Part shown: one piece after another, positions 49,368 to 60,061 of the stretch
Layout: every line of letters starts with the position of its first letter
How positions within the stretch are numbered: position 1 is the stretch's first letter
Assembly: GCA_017613275.1 (NCBI GenBank)
Contig: JAGAED010000006.1
Span: 97,207-161,206, forward strand
From: Clostridia bacterium
Lineage (GTDB): Bacteria > Bacillota > Clostridia > TANB77 > CAG-508
Direction: 5' to 3'
DNA length: 64,000 bases
Notes under the pieces: generated by a model
What the model was told of the DNA's origin: nothing
Databases searched by the model: none
The model's input: only the letters and a program-made list of their open reading frames with translations
Position numbers and translations under genes: made by a program

Positions 49368-50687
49368 TTAGGGTTGTTCGCCTAAAATAATAGTGATTTC
49401 TTCTTCTTTGTTGTTTCTATTGACTTTTAATTTTAGTTCATCACCAATGTTTTTATCATTTTTAATTTTATTTAATTCATCCATTTTGTTTACTTTGTTT
49501 CCATCAACTTCTATAATTACATCTCCAATTTTTAATCCAGCTTTTTCAGCAGATGAAAAGTCTTCTACTGTTTTTACATAAATTCCAACAGCTAAATTAT
49601 ATTTCTTTGCTGTTTTTTCATCTAAGTCAACTCCACCAATTCCGATATAAGGTCTTTTAACTTTGCTATATTGAATTAATTGTTCTGTAATGTTTGATGT
49701 AGAATTGATTGGTATAGCAAATCCCATTCCTTCAACACCAGTTCCAGAAAGTTTTAATGTATTTACACCTATAACTTTTCCTTCACTATTTACTAATGCT
49801 CCGCCACTATTTCCAGAGTTTATAGCTGCATCTGTTTGAATAAGTTTGAAAGTTTTTCCATCTGTATCTGTAACTTCTCTATTTACAGCACTTACAACAC
49901 CGCATGTAATACTGCTTTGCATTCCAAGTGGGTTTCCAACAGCCATTGCAAATTCGCCAACTTTAATAGAATCTGAATCTGCAAATTCGGCTTTTGTAAG
50001 GCCTGTCTTTTCAATTTTTATAACAGCTAAATCTGTCTGTTCATCTTTTCCGATTATTTTTGCATCATATTCTGTATCATCGCCATAAAGTGTAACAGTT
50101 ACTTTATTAGCTTCTGAAACTTGGTAGAATGAATCAGAAGATGTTGTTGCTACAATGTGGTTGTTTGTTAAAATGTAACCATCCTCACTAATTATAATTC
50201 CAGAACCTGATGCTGTGGCAGTAGAGGTTTGAGGTCTATTAGCTAATCCAAACATGCTATAATAATTAGAACTTACTGTATAATCAACTTTAATTCCAAC
50301 TATTGAAGGCAATATTTTATTTGCAGCGTATACAGAGGTATTTGAATATTTATCTAAATCAACTTGTTTTACAGTACCATTAGAACTTGTGCTAGTACTT
50401 GGTGCTGTACTAATAACTGATGTTGTAGGGAATAGAGAATTCTTTACATCTGGAATAAAAAGAATTGTTCCCATTACGGTAGCACATCCTATAACACCAC
50501 TAAAAAATGGCACTACAACATGTTTTCCAAAAGAAAAGTTTTTTGGAGATTTTTCTTTATTAACTTTTTCCTTTTTTACTTTTGGTTGTTTAATAGTATT
50601 GGCAGTATTTGAAACCGTCTTAAAATTGTGTTTACTTTCAGAAGTAACATTTTGATTTGAATTGCTTTCATTTTTGATTTCGTCCAT
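49368..50687 (-). CDS. htrA: HtrA/DegP serine protease
   Basis: TNNH, DLAV, GNSGG and a PDZ domain. Confidence 0.95.
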   Translation of the reverse strand: MDEIKNESNSNQNVTSESKHNFKTVSNTANTIKQPKVKKEKVNKEKSPKNFSFGKHVVVPFFSGVIGCATVMGTILFIPDVKNSLFPTTSVISTAPSTSTSSNGTVKQVDLDKYSNTSVYAANKILPSIVGIKVDYTVSSNYYSMFGLANRPQTSTATASGSGIIISEDGYILTNNHIVATTSSDSFYQVSEANKVTVTLYGDDTEYDAKIIGKDEQTDLAVIKIEKTGLTKAEFADSDSIKVGEFAMAVGNPLGMQSSITCGVVSAVNREVTDTDGKTFKLIQTDAAINSGNSGGALVNSEGKVIGVNTLKLSGTGVEGMGFAIPINSTSNITEQLIQYSKVKRPYIGIGGVDLDEKTAKKYNLAVGIYVKTVEDFSSAEKAGLKIGDVIIEVDGNKVNKMDELNKIKNDKNIGDELKLKVNRNNKEEEITIILGEQP

Positions 50688-50873
50688 AATAAAATCCTTC
50701 CTTTCAATAGATATTATAATATCTTAAACAAATTGATTTTACAATACTTTTGTGAATTTTATGTGAAAAAATAAAAAAAATTTAAAATTTCAGATTTGTG
50801 TTGAAATATATTTAAAAGAAAGATATAATGTAGTAAATATAAGAAAAGATAGATTGAAGGGAATGGGAGTAAA

Positions 50874-51428
50874 ATGAATATAAAAGATAATAAAGGTATT
50901 ACATTGATTGTCTTAGTTGTAACAATAGTAGTATTATTAATTATAGCAGGTGTAACAATAACTGCGGGAACTGAGTCAATAAAAAGAGCTAAACTAGAAA
51001 CTTTAAGAACAAATATGCTTTTAATTAAAGCAAAAGGAAAAGAATATTGTGAAGAAGCCAATTTTAGGGCAGGAATCATAAATGAGAGTGATACTGCAGA
51101 GGCTAAGGCAGAAAAAATACAAAAAGGTGTAAACTTTTTAAGTACAGATAAAAATTTGCCAAGCGCAGAAGTAAGTGAATTGCCAGTTCAACTTGAAGCA
51201 GAGGAAGCTTATGATTATGTTGCTAAATTAGATACAGAAGCTCCTAATAATGGCGTATTAAAAGAACTTGGATTAAATGAAGTTGCAAATTCTGAAAATG
51301 CGGGAATATTCTATATAGGATTTGATATTAAAAATAACAAAGTCGAAGTGTTTAATTCAAGAGGATATGCATCAAAAGATGGGACAACATATTATAGATT
51401 AACACAAATAGAAAATTTGGAAGAATAA
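50874..51428 (+). CDS. Type IV pilin-like protein
   Basis: NKG|ITLIVLVVTIVVLLIIAGVTI prepilin-like N-terminus. Confidence 0.75.
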   Translation: MNIKDNKGITLIVLVVTIVVLLIIAGVTITAGTESIKRAKLETLRTNMLLIKAKGKEYCEEANFRAGIINESDTAEAKAEKIQKGVNFLSTDKNLPSAEVSELPVQLEAEEAYDYVAKLDTEAPNNGVLKELGLNEVANSENAGIFYIGFDIKNNKVEVFNSRGYASKDGTTYYRLTQIENLEE

Positions 51429-51430
51429 AA

Positions 51431-52069
51431 ATGGAGCAGAAGATGAAAGAAAAAGAACTTGAAAGATTAACAAAATTAAAAGAAATAGAAAATGAATTCC
51501 ATAAAAAAGGAATAAAATATATTTGTGGAATAGATGAAGCAGGTCGTGGCCCTTTGGCAGGACCTGTTTGTGTTGCGAGTGTTATAATGCCTGAAGATTC
51601 TATGATAGAAGGCGTAAATGATTCTAAAAAAGTGTCTGAAAAGAAAAGGGAAATGTTATATGACAAAATAATTGAAGAGGCTATTAGTTATTCTGTTGCA
51701 ATTATTTCAGAAAAAGAAATCGACGAAATAAACATTTTAAATGCAACCAAAAAGGGACTTACACAGTCAATTGCAGGATTAGATGTTAAACCTGAACTTA
51801 TATTAGTAGACGCTTTAGATAGAATAGATACTTTAGGAATTCCTTATAAGCCAATAATTAAAGGAGATGCCCTTGCTTATTCGATTTCTGCAGCTTCAAT
51901 TTTAGCAAAGGTTACAAGGGATAGAATTATGAGGCAAATGGATGAGATTTATCCTGAATATGGTTTTGCTGGACATAAGGGTTATGGAACTGCTAAGCAT
52001 ATTGCAGCAATAAAGGAATTTGGACTTTGTGATATACATAGAAGAAGTTTTACTAAAAATTTCATTTAG
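51431..52069 (+). CDS. rnhB: Ribonuclease HII
   Basis: GIDEAGRGPLAGPV, DSKK and SILAKVTRD. Confidence 0.97.
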   Translation: MEQKMKEKELERLTKLKEIENEFHKKGIKYICGIDEAGRGPLAGPVCVASVIMPEDSMIEGVNDSKKVSEKKREMLYDKIIEEAISYSVAIISEKEIDEINILNATKKGLTQSIAGLDVKPELILVDALDRIDTLGIPYKPIIKGDALAYSISAASILAKVTRDRIMRQMDEIYPEYGFAGHKGYGTAKHIAAIKEFGLCDIHRRSFTKNFI

Positions 52070-52210
52070 TATTTATTACTTTTCAAAATATAATAATTTT
52101 ATATTTTGAAAAAATTAGAAATAAAAAATTATTGAATTTTCTAATAAATGTGTTATAATGATTATAGTACTAATGAATTTTTTAGTAAACAGATGGGAGG
52201 AGAAAGAAAG

Positions 52211-52357
52211 ATGAAAAAGGAAAAAGTTGAAAAGAATAAAAAGAAAAATAGAGATGCAGGTAAAGTATTTACAAGAATTATGGCTTTAATTTTAGTTGTT
52301 CTTATGTTAGCAGGAACAGTAGGAAGTTTAGCATATTATTTATTTACAAATATTTAA
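52211..52357 (+). CDS. Small membrane protein (DUF4044-like)
   Basis: RBS GGAGG; basic N-terminus plus one transmembrane segment. Confidence 0.6.
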   Translation: MKKEKVEKNKKKNRDAGKVFTRIMALILVVLMLAGTVGSLAYYLFTNI

Positions 52358-52374
52358 TAGAAAGGTAGAAAAAT

Positions 52375-53274
52375 ATGGGAAATAATACAAGCTGGCTAGA
52401 AAACTTCTATAATGAAAACATATTACAATATTTTGGAACATTGCAAGAATCACCATGGAAAATGATTAGTTTTATTATAGATATAACAATAGTTGTATTG
52501 CTATTGTATTATGCAATTAAAGTCGCAAAGGGTTCAAGAGCATGGCAATTAATTAAAGGAATTGCATTATTGGTTTTAATTACATTTTTGAGTGGTGCAT
52601 TAAATCTAAAAATTTTAAATTCAATTCTTTCTGGAATAATGAATTGGGGAGTTATTGCAATATTAATAATTTTCCAACCAGAATTAAGAAGAGGTTTGGA
52701 ACAATTAGGAACCAATAAATTGACAAAATTTTTTGGAATAGATAAAGACGTTGCTACCAAAACAAAAGAGGATATATATAAGGTAGTAATTGCAGCATCT
52801 GAACTTGCTAAAAGTAAAACTGGAGCTTTAATTGTAATAGAAAGAGATATAGAAATTAAAGATATTATACAAAACGGTGTAATTATGGATGCGGAAGTAT
52901 CTCCACAGCTTTTAGTAAATATATTTGAACCCAAAACACCATTACATGATGGAGCGGTAATAATTAGCAATAACAAAATTGCAGCAGCAGCATGTGTTTT
53001 ACCATTGACAGATGATAAAGATATTGCAAAAGAACTTGGAACAAGACATAGAGCTGCAATGGGAATTTCAAAAGAATCAGATAGTATAGTTGTGGTGGTT
53101 TCAGAAGAAACAGGTAAAATTTCAGTTGCAAAAGATGGTACACTTATTGCAGATGTAAGAGAAGATGTATTAAAGAAAATTTTAATAAGTAACATAGTTA
53201 CAAAAAGATTTGCATCTGAAAAAAAGGAAAAGAAAGTAAAAAAAGATAAGAAAAATAAAGAAGAAAAAATCTAA
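52375..53274 (+). CDS. cdaA: Diadenylate cyclase CdaA/DacA
   Basis: FQPELRRGLE, PLHDGA and GTRHRAA. Confidence 0.95.
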   Translation: MGNNTSWLENFYNENILQYFGTLQESPWKMISFIIDITIVVLLLYYAIKVAKGSRAWQLIKGIALLVLITFLSGALNLKILNSILSGIMNWGVIAILIIFQPELRRGLEQLGTNKLTKFFGIDKDVATKTKEDIYKVVIAASELAKSKTGALIVIERDIEIKDIIQNGVIMDAEVSPQLLVNIFEPKTPLHDGAVIISNNKIAAAACVLPLTDDKDIAKELGTRHRAAMGISKESDSIVVVVSEETGKISVAKDGTLIADVREDVLKKILISNIVTKRFASEKKEKKVKKDKKNKEEKI

Positions 53275-53319
53275 ATATTTTAATATTTAGATTTTTTTAA
53301 AATAAATTTGGAGGAGTAA

Positions 53320-54057
53320 ATGAAGAATATTAAATTAACTATTGAATATGATGGAAAAGATTTTAATGGTTGGCAAAAGCAACCAGATAAATTAAATATT
53401 CAGGGGACTATTGAACAGGCAATTGAAAGGATAACGGGAGAAAAAGTAGACTTAAATGCTTCTGGTAGAACAGATGCAGGCGTACATGCTTTGGGACAAG
53501 TTGCAAATTTTAAAACAAATTATGAACTCCCAATAGAAAAATGGCCATTAGCTCTAAATGCAAATCTTAAAAAGTCAATTGTAATAAAATCAGCAGAAGA
53601 AGTAGAAGAGAGGTTTCACAGCAGGCTTTCTTGTAAACAAAAAACTTATAGATATGTTATAAATAATTCAAAAAATGGAACAGCAATTTATAGAAACTTA
53701 GAAACACATATACCACAAAAATTAGATATAGAAAAGATGAAAAAAGCTGTAAAATATTTTGAGGGAGAGCATGACTTTAAAGCGTTTAAGGCGAGTGGAA
53801 CAAGTTCAAAAAGTAGTGTAAGAACAATTTATAAAGCAGAAGTTATAGAAATGCCAGATGAGAGAATTTATATAGAATTAACAGGAAGTGGTTTTTTATA
53901 TAACATGGTTAGAATTATTTCAGGAACTCTTGTGGAAGTAGGGTTAGGAAAAATTGAACCAGAAGCAATTTCAGAAATAATTGAAAGCAAACAAAGAGAA
54001 AAAGCTGGGAAAACACTTCCTCCAACTGGTTTGTTTCTTTTAATGGTGGAGTATTAA
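53320..54057 (+). CDS. truA: tRNA pseudouridine(38-40) synthase
   Basis: GWQKQ, GRTDAGVHA and GFLYNMVR. Confidence 0.97.
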   Translation: MKNIKLTIEYDGKDFNGWQKQPDKLNIQGTIEQAIERITGEKVDLNASGRTDAGVHALGQVANFKTNYELPIEKWPLALNANLKKSIVIKSAEEVEERFHSRLSCKQKTYRYVINNSKNGTAIYRNLETHIPQKLDIEKMKKAVKYFEGEHDFKAFKASGTSSKSSVRTIYKAEVIEMPDERIYIELTGSGFLYNMVRIISGTLVEVGLGKIEPEAISEIIESKQREKAGKTLPPTGLFLLMVEY

Positions 54058-54120
54058 ATGTAATATAACAATTATTATAATTTTGCATAAAATATAAGTA
54101 AAAGAAAGGAGAAATTTAAT

Positions 54121-54510
54121 ATGACCACAAATATACTTATATTTTTTGCAATTCCACTTGCAATTATAGTTATCTCAATAGCATTACAAAAAATACTTAG
54201 AAATCCATTTCTGGTTTCTGCAATTATATTTTCTATTGCGCTGGTAATAGTATTGGCGTTTTTAGATCCAATATACTTGATTGCTGTTGTAGCATATACA
54301 TTGTTATCTTTGATTACTGCGTTCTTAACATGCTTACTTTGCGGAGTTTTAAGTAATAGTAATATGTGTAATTGCATGGTGGGGGGAAATAATAACAATA
54401 ATAATGATGATGATAATGATAATAATTGCACTAATCAGGTAGTTGCAACATTAGGAGAGGGAAACACAAATCAAACTTATTATACAGGATGTTATAGAAA
54501 AAGAAGATAA
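54121..54510 (+). CDS. DUF2651-like small membrane protein
   Basis: Three transmembrane segments and a Cys/Asn-rich tail. Confidence 0.6.
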   Translation: MTTNILIFFAIPLAIIVISIALQKILRNPFLVSAIIFSIALVIVLAFLDPIYLIAVVAYTLLSLITAFLTCLLCGVLSNSNMCNCMVGGNNNNNNDDDNDNNCTNQVVATLGEGNTNQTYYTGCYRKRR

Positions 54511-54532
54511 AAAATTCGTAAGAGATATACTC

Positions 54533-56875
54533 TTACGAATTTTTTCCGCTATTAGGTTTCTTTTTTAAATTAACAACAATTGCATCTTCATTATCAAATA
54601 CAAATTTTGAATCAGATGTATCTGTTTGAATAGGGTTAATTTCATTTCTTTCATCTTTGAAATTAACATGTTTAAAATCAAATTTTTTAGAATTATCATT
54701 TTCTTCTTCAACACTGTTTTGACCAGAGTATTTCTCAAAATCAAAAGTTTTAACTTTGTGTGGTTCTTTATATTTTGCATCCATGTATTTAAATCTACCA
54801 GCACCACCAGTTGATTTTCCACTTCCGTCTTTAACTAAATATGCAAAAGTGTTTTTCTTTAATGTTTGTAGTTTTCCTACTTTGAAGTTTGAAACAAAGT
54901 CGAATTTTACATTACCATGTTTAGAATCATATTTTCCTGTAGCGCCTTTAGCAAAGTCTATGGTATCAGCCATAACCCATTCTCTATGAGTTCCGAGTTC
55001 ATCAGACCACCATTTTAATTCATCTACATCTGCATTTCCAGTAAATATTTTATTTGCGCAGTTAGAAAGTATTGTTTGTCTGTAATGTTCTTTTGAGTTT
55101 GGTGTATCTAATTGTGATAAGTTTTGAACTGTTATTACAGTTGCAACTCTATATTTTCTAAACATTGTAAATAATGCTTCTGTATGCTTTCCTAGGAAAT
55201 CTGAGAATTCGTCAATATATAAGAAGTTTGGTACCCTTGTACTTTCGTTTCCAGGTCTTCTTAATACTGCATTTTCCATAGATAGTAGGAAGAATAGTCC
55301 AAATGCTTTATGAGCTGTTCCACCTAAGTCTCCACGTCTTGTACATACGAATGTTATATTTCCATTTGCTAACATATCATCAAAATTAATATTGTTATAT
55401 CTATTACATAGTATTGTTTTAACACCAGGTAATCTTAATAGACTATCTAATTGAGCAACTACACCAGCAATATGAATTTCTATTTCTTTTCTACCAACAC
55501 CATCTTTATAGAAGAATTTTCTAAAGTATGCTAGTTGAACACTATATTTTTCTTTTAATTGTTCATTATGGGCAAGAATTTCACACATTTTTTCAATCAA
55601 TTCAAAGTTTGTTAACATTTTAAGCATATCTTCTAAGTTTGGAAGAGCACCTTCATTCATTCTTGGGTAAATTTCTTTTAGTAAGATTGCTAGGTTTTCA
55701 ATTGCCATCATAGAAACGTCTTCTCTATAAGATTCTTCAATTTCTTCGTGTTGAGTATTATACATAGCACGAAGGGCACAAGAAATTGTTATTGCAATTT
55801 TTGCTGGGTCATCATAAACAAATGGGTTTAAACCAATTGAATCTTTGTTATCTGGGTCGATTAAATTGTAACCAACACCGAAATTTTTACAAACATCTAT
55901 CATGTGGTCAATTACTTCATAGTCAGGGGATACAAGGGTCAATCCCAAATCTTTATATACTGTTGTTCCAGATGAACCTAAAATTAGTTTTTTGAAAAAT
56001 GTTTTATAAATTTTTTCTTTTCCACTTGCAGGTGAAATCATATTTAAACTAAAGTTATCGTTCATATATTTATTGTCATAAGGCTTATTTAATACTGCTA
56101 TTTTTGTTTTTAATGCTGTAAATGCTAGTTCTTTTGAAGCTTCTCTATAAAAATATTTTCTTTCCAAATCTCTTGCCATCATTGGTTCTAATACTGCAGA
56201 AGTTTTTCCAGTACCTGAACCACCACATACAAACATTGGTAAAAATCTTGCACTATCAGGAATTTTAACTGATTTTCCAGTTTCGTCATCTGTACATAAG
56301 TACATTTCGTTTGAATATGGTCCTGAATTTGCTTTTGTATCAGATAAACTTATTCCACCATAATCCCAGATAGAACGCACATGTTTTCCAGAATCGTCTA
56401 TTGTGTTGTATAAGAAATCGAATATTGGCCATACAGTAACTAATGGTAGGAATAATGAAATACTTATCATTGCCGGTCTTACAACATCTGCAAAGTCTGT
56501 AATCAATTCAACATAGTTTGGAGAATTGATTAGGAACATCCATACTCCCATATTTAACCATTGTGTAAACATTGAAAGTGCTATTATGTATAAACAAATG
56601 CTATATGCATAAAACAAAGTAACTTTTTGGTTTTTCGATGTTGCAAATTCAGATGAACCTGAAAATAAAAATGCAAATATAGGACATGCCATTGCTAATG
56701 TGTATACTATAGGATTCCAATATGACTGAGAAACACCAGTAAAAATCATGAATAATAATTCTACAAATCTATCTACTGTTATGAATATTGTTATTAGTGT
56801 TAATAGATATGTAAAAAATGTGTTTCTACTTGTATTGAGTTTCTTTAAAAATTTATCTATATATTTCATACACAA
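54533..56875 (-). CDS. VirD4/TraD-like coupling-protein ATPase with N-terminal membrane domain
   Basis: Several transmembrane segments, GGSGTGKT, NPF, FLYIDEF, QNLSQL and ILSNCANKIF. Confidence 0.75.
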   Translation of the reverse strand: MCMKYIDKFLKKLNTSRNTFFTYLLTLITIFITVDRFVELLFMIFTGVSQSYWNPIVYTLAMACPIFAFLFSGSSEFATSKNQKVTLFYAYSICLYIIALSMFTQWLNMGVWMFLINSPNYVELITDFADVVRPAMISISLFLPLVTVWPIFDFLYNTIDDSGKHVRSIWDYGGISLSDTKANSGPYSNEMYLCTDDETGKSVKIPDSARFLPMFVCGGSGTGKTSAVLEPMMARDLERKYFYREASKELAFTALKTKIAVLNKPYDNKYMNDNFSLNMISPASGKEKIYKTFFKKLILGSSGTTVYKDLGLTLVSPDYEVIDHMIDVCKNFGVGYNLIDPDNKDSIGLNPFVYDDPAKIAITISCALRAMYNTQHEEIEESYREDVSMMAIENLAILLKEIYPRMNEGALPNLEDMLKMLTNFELIEKMCEILAHNEQLKEKYSVQLAYFRKFFYKDGVGRKEIEIHIAGVVAQLDSLLRLPGVKTILCNRYNNINFDDMLANGNITFVCTRRGDLGGTAHKAFGLFFLLSMENAVLRRPGNESTRVPNFLYIDEFSDFLGKHTEALFTMFRKYRVATVITVQNLSQLDTPNSKEHYRQTILSNCANKIFTGNADVDELKWWSDELGTHREWVMADTIDFAKGATGKYDSKHGNVKFDFVSNFKVGKLQTLKKNTFAYLVKDGSGKSTGGAGRFKYMDAKYKEPHKVKTFDFEKYSGQNSVEEENDNSKKFDFKHVNFKDERNEINPIQTDTSDSKFVFDNEDAIVVNLKKKPNSGKNS

Positions 56876-57027
56876 ATTCCTTTCATTTTATATTATTTTA
56901 TATACTTTCACATATATATATTATCTTACAAAATCGCAAAAAAAACAAGTATTTTATGTAAAAAAAGTAATATTTTCATTATTTTTACATAAAATACTTT
57001 ATATTAAGAGAATTAGAGGTAAAAATA

Positions 57028-57309
57028 ATGAAAGATGAGTATGTAAAGGAAACTGCACTTGTGGAATTGACTGAAGTTGAAAGGGAAGAGGAATTGCTTT
57101 TAAATATTATAAAAACTAAAAAGGATTTGCAATCTGCAAGAAAAAATTTTGAATATGTTGATAGTGATGATTTGGTTGATTACTATATCTATCAAATAAA
57201 AGCAAATCAATCAAAGTTAGATTATTTAATAAAACTAGCAAAAGCTAGGGGAATAATTGCGGATATAATAAATGAGGTTGAATTTAAACTTCAAAACAGA
57301 GCATGCTAA
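57028..57309 (+). CDS. yaaL: YaaL/DUF2508 family protein
   Basis: FEYVDSDDLVDYYIYQIKA...YLIKLAK; upstream of bofA. Confidence 0.8.
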   Translation: MKDEYVKETALVELTEVEREEELLLNIIKTKKDLQSARKNFEYVDSDDLVDYYIYQIKANQSKLDYLIKLAKARGIIADIINEVEFKLQNRAC

Positions 57310-57444
57310 AATTGTAGTAATATTTGTCCATACAATTGCATAATTTCTAGTAAAATATATTAATTTATAAAATCCTTTTGGTCTCTTACGCGGATTTTAA
57401 AATTAATATAGTTTACAAATAAATAATAAATTGGAAGTGAAAAA

Positions 57445-57705
57445 ATGGATACAAATATTATTACATACATAGCATGTATTTGCTTTTTGTTTATTTTTGG
57501 GAGAGTGTTTATTGTACCAATTTCAAAAGTAGTAAAATTAGTTTTGAATTCAATTTTAGGGGGATTACTAATTTTTGTAATAAACCTAATAGGAGCAAAT
57601 TTTGGCTTTCATATTGGGTTAAACTTTTTTACGAGTATACTAGTTGGCTTGCTTGGATTACCTGGCGCAATTTGCATTGTGATTATAAAGATATTACTGG
57701 GATAA
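57445..57705 (+). CDS. bofA: Pro-sigmaK processing inhibitor BofA
   Basis: NSILG...IN......HIGLN....VGLLGLPG. Confidence 0.85.
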   Translation: MDTNIITYIACICFLFIFGRVFIVPISKVVKLVLNSILGGLLIFVINLIGANFGFHIGLNFFTSILVGLLGLPGAICIVIIKILLG

Positions 57706-57721
57706 ATTGGTATGAAGGAAA

Positions 57722-57840
57722 ATTGGAAAATAATTGAGCGAATTTCAAGGCAAACAAATGAGACAACCGGAGGCGTGCTTTTGCACGTTGAGGATTGTCT
57801 CATGAAGTTTAACGAAGAAATTCGCCAATTATTTTCCAAT
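57722..57840 (+). repeat. Structured intergenic element family B, copy 2
   Basis: Outer inverted repeat ATTGGAAAATAATTG / CAATTATTTTCCAAT with a GC-rich core shared with 49231-49350. Confidence 0.85.
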
Positions 57841-59679
57841 TTATTCTACTGTAACAGATTTTGCTAAATTACGAGGCTTATCAACATCTAATCCTTTTTC
57901 CTTTGCAATGTAATAAGAGAAAAGTTGTAAAGGAACAACAGAAATGATAGGAGAGATAAATGGATTTGTTTCAGGTATTACAATTGTTTTATCAAACATT
58001 TTTTGGTCAACATTTTGATTTGTAACAACCAAAGTTTTAGCTCCACGAGTAATAACTTCTTGTATATTGCTAACTGTTTTTTCAACTAATTTAGGGTCTG
58101 TCATTATACTAATAACTGTAATTCCATTTTCAATTAAAGCAATCGGACCATGCTTTAATTCTCCTGCTGCATAGCTTTCTGAGTGGATATAAGAAATTTC
58201 TTTAAGTTTCAAAGAACCTTCTTTAGCAACTGTTTCATCAATTCCTCTTCCTAAGAAAAATACATCATGTTCTTGGTAAACTTCTTTTGCAAAATCTTGA
58301 ATATTGTCACAGATTTTTAAAGTTTCCTCGATTTTTCTTGGTAAATCTAAAATGTCTTTTTTGTAGTCATTTATTTTGGTATCATTTTTTCCTAAAATTT
58401 GTGCAAAATACAAAGCTAAAACATTTAAAAGTACAACTTGAGAAGTATAGGCTTTTGTTGATGCAACAGCGATTTCAGGACCAGCATGTGTATAAATAGA
58501 GTAGTCTGCTTCACGTGTTATAGAACTTCCTATAACGTTTGTTACTGCTAGTGTTTTAGCTCCATTTTCTCTTGAAAGTTTTAGAGCTGCTATTGTATCT
58601 GCTGTTTCTCCAGATTGAGAAATGAAAATACATAAAGTTTTTGTATCTATAATTGGATCTCTATATCTAAATTCAGATGCAATGTCAACTTCTGTTGGTA
58701 TTTTGCAAATCTTTTCAATAGCATTTTTACCAGCTAAACCTGCGTGCATTGCTGTTCCACAAGCTACTATATAAATCTTATTTAAGCTTGATAGATACTC
58801 TTTGCTAAAGTTTAATTCTGGGAACTCAATAGGAGCATCTTCAGAAAGTTTTGAACCTATTGTTTCTCTAATTGCTACAGGTTGTTCATGTATTTCTTTT
58901 AACATATAATCTTCATAACCATCTTTTTCAGCAGCAGAAGCGTTCCATTCAATAGTTTTTGTTGATTTATCTATTTTGTTTAGTTCTTTATCATAGAATG
59001 TTGCAGAATCTCTTTTTAAAACTACAAATTCTAAGTCATTTAATAAATAGAAATCTCTTGTAAATGAAAGGATAGCTGGTATATCAGAAGAAATGTAATT
59101 TTCATCTTCACATGTACCAATAACAAGTGGGCTATCTTTTCTTACAACTATCATCTGGTCTGGTGCAAATTTTGAAATAACTTCAATTGCAAAGCTTCCT
59201 TTTAAATCTAGGGCAGCATTACGAACTGCTCTTAGTATTTTATTTTCGTCATTCTCAGTATCTTTTGAATAATAATAATGTATTAAATTTGGTATAACTT
59301 CTGTATCTGTTTGAGAATAGAATGTATAACCATTGTCTGTCAAAAAGTTTCTTAGTTCATTGTAATTTTCTATTATTCCATTGTGAACTACGCTAAAAGA
59401 TTTGCTGTTATCTTGATGTGGGTGAGAGTTCTCTTTAGATGGTTTTCCATGTGTTGCCCATCTTGTATGAGCTATACCAATTGTTCCTTCTAAATCATCT
59501 ATCCCAGGAAGGTTATTTAAATTTTTAACTCTTCCTTTATCTTTCATTATTGATAATCCGTCACTTTCGATTGTTGAAATTCCAGCAGAGTCATAACCTC
59601 TGTATTCCAATCTTAATAATCCATTAATTAATATAGGTGTTGCTTTTTTATTACCTATGTATCCTACTATTCCACACAT
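57841..59679 (-). CDS. glmS: Glutamine-fructose-6-phosphate aminotransferase
   Basis: MCGIVG, LEYRGYDSAG, HTRWATHG and PRNLAKSVTVE. Confidence 0.98.
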   Translation of the reverse strand: MCGIVGYIGNKKATPILINGLLRLEYRGYDSAGISTIESDGLSIMKDKGRVKNLNNLPGIDDLEGTIGIAHTRWATHGKPSKENSHPHQDNSKSFSVVHNGIIENYNELRNFLTDNGYTFYSQTDTEVIPNLIHYYYSKDTENDENKILRAVRNAALDLKGSFAIEVISKFAPDQMIVVRKDSPLVIGTCEDENYISSDIPAILSFTRDFYLLNDLEFVVLKRDSATFYDKELNKIDKSTKTIEWNASAAEKDGYEDYMLKEIHEQPVAIRETIGSKLSEDAPIEFPELNFSKEYLSSLNKIYIVACGTAMHAGLAGKNAIEKICKIPTEVDIASEFRYRDPIIDTKTLCIFISQSGETADTIAALKLSRENGAKTLAVTNVIGSSITREADYSIYTHAGPEIAVASTKAYTSQVVLLNVLALYFAQILGKNDTKINDYKKDILDLPRKIEETLKICDNIQDFAKEVYQEHDVFFLGRGIDETVAKEGSLKLKEISYIHSESYAAGELKHGPIALIENGITVISIMTDPKLVEKTVSNIQEVITRGAKTLVVTNQNVDQKMFDKTIVIPETNPFISPIISVVPLQLFSYYIAKEKGLDVDKPRNLAKSVTVE

Positions 59680-59780
59680 ATTTTATCCTCCTTTATAAGC
59701 CTAAATGTGTAAAGGCATATTTTTGAAGGCAAAAAAACCTTCATTTTATAATTGAAGGCATGCAAAATAAAAGCTTGATA

Positions 59781-59916
59781 TATTAACCTTTGTTACAGCA
59801 TCACTACTGCTTTTTAGTTAATACTATGACTAAAGCTACAGCCACTAGAGCATCCGCCGAATCTTTCGATAACTCTAGACCTCGTCAACAGTAAAAGTAC
59901 TGTCCAGGCGCTAATT
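59781..59916 (-). ncRNA. glmS ribozyme (GlcN6P-activated riboswitch)
   Basis: Minus strand reads AGCGCCTGGAC...GTTGACGAGG...TTATCGAAAGATTCGGCGGATGC in the glmS leader, matching the consensus core. Confidence 0.93.
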
Positions 59917-60061
59917 TAATTACTAATAAAAACTCCTTTCTTTTTATTTTGATTTGCAACATCTTCAATTACGATATAATATTATAATAACATTGAAAAA
60001 GTTGCAAGTCTTTTGACTAAATTTTTTTATCATGCTATAATAGTGCATAGAGAGGTATGTT

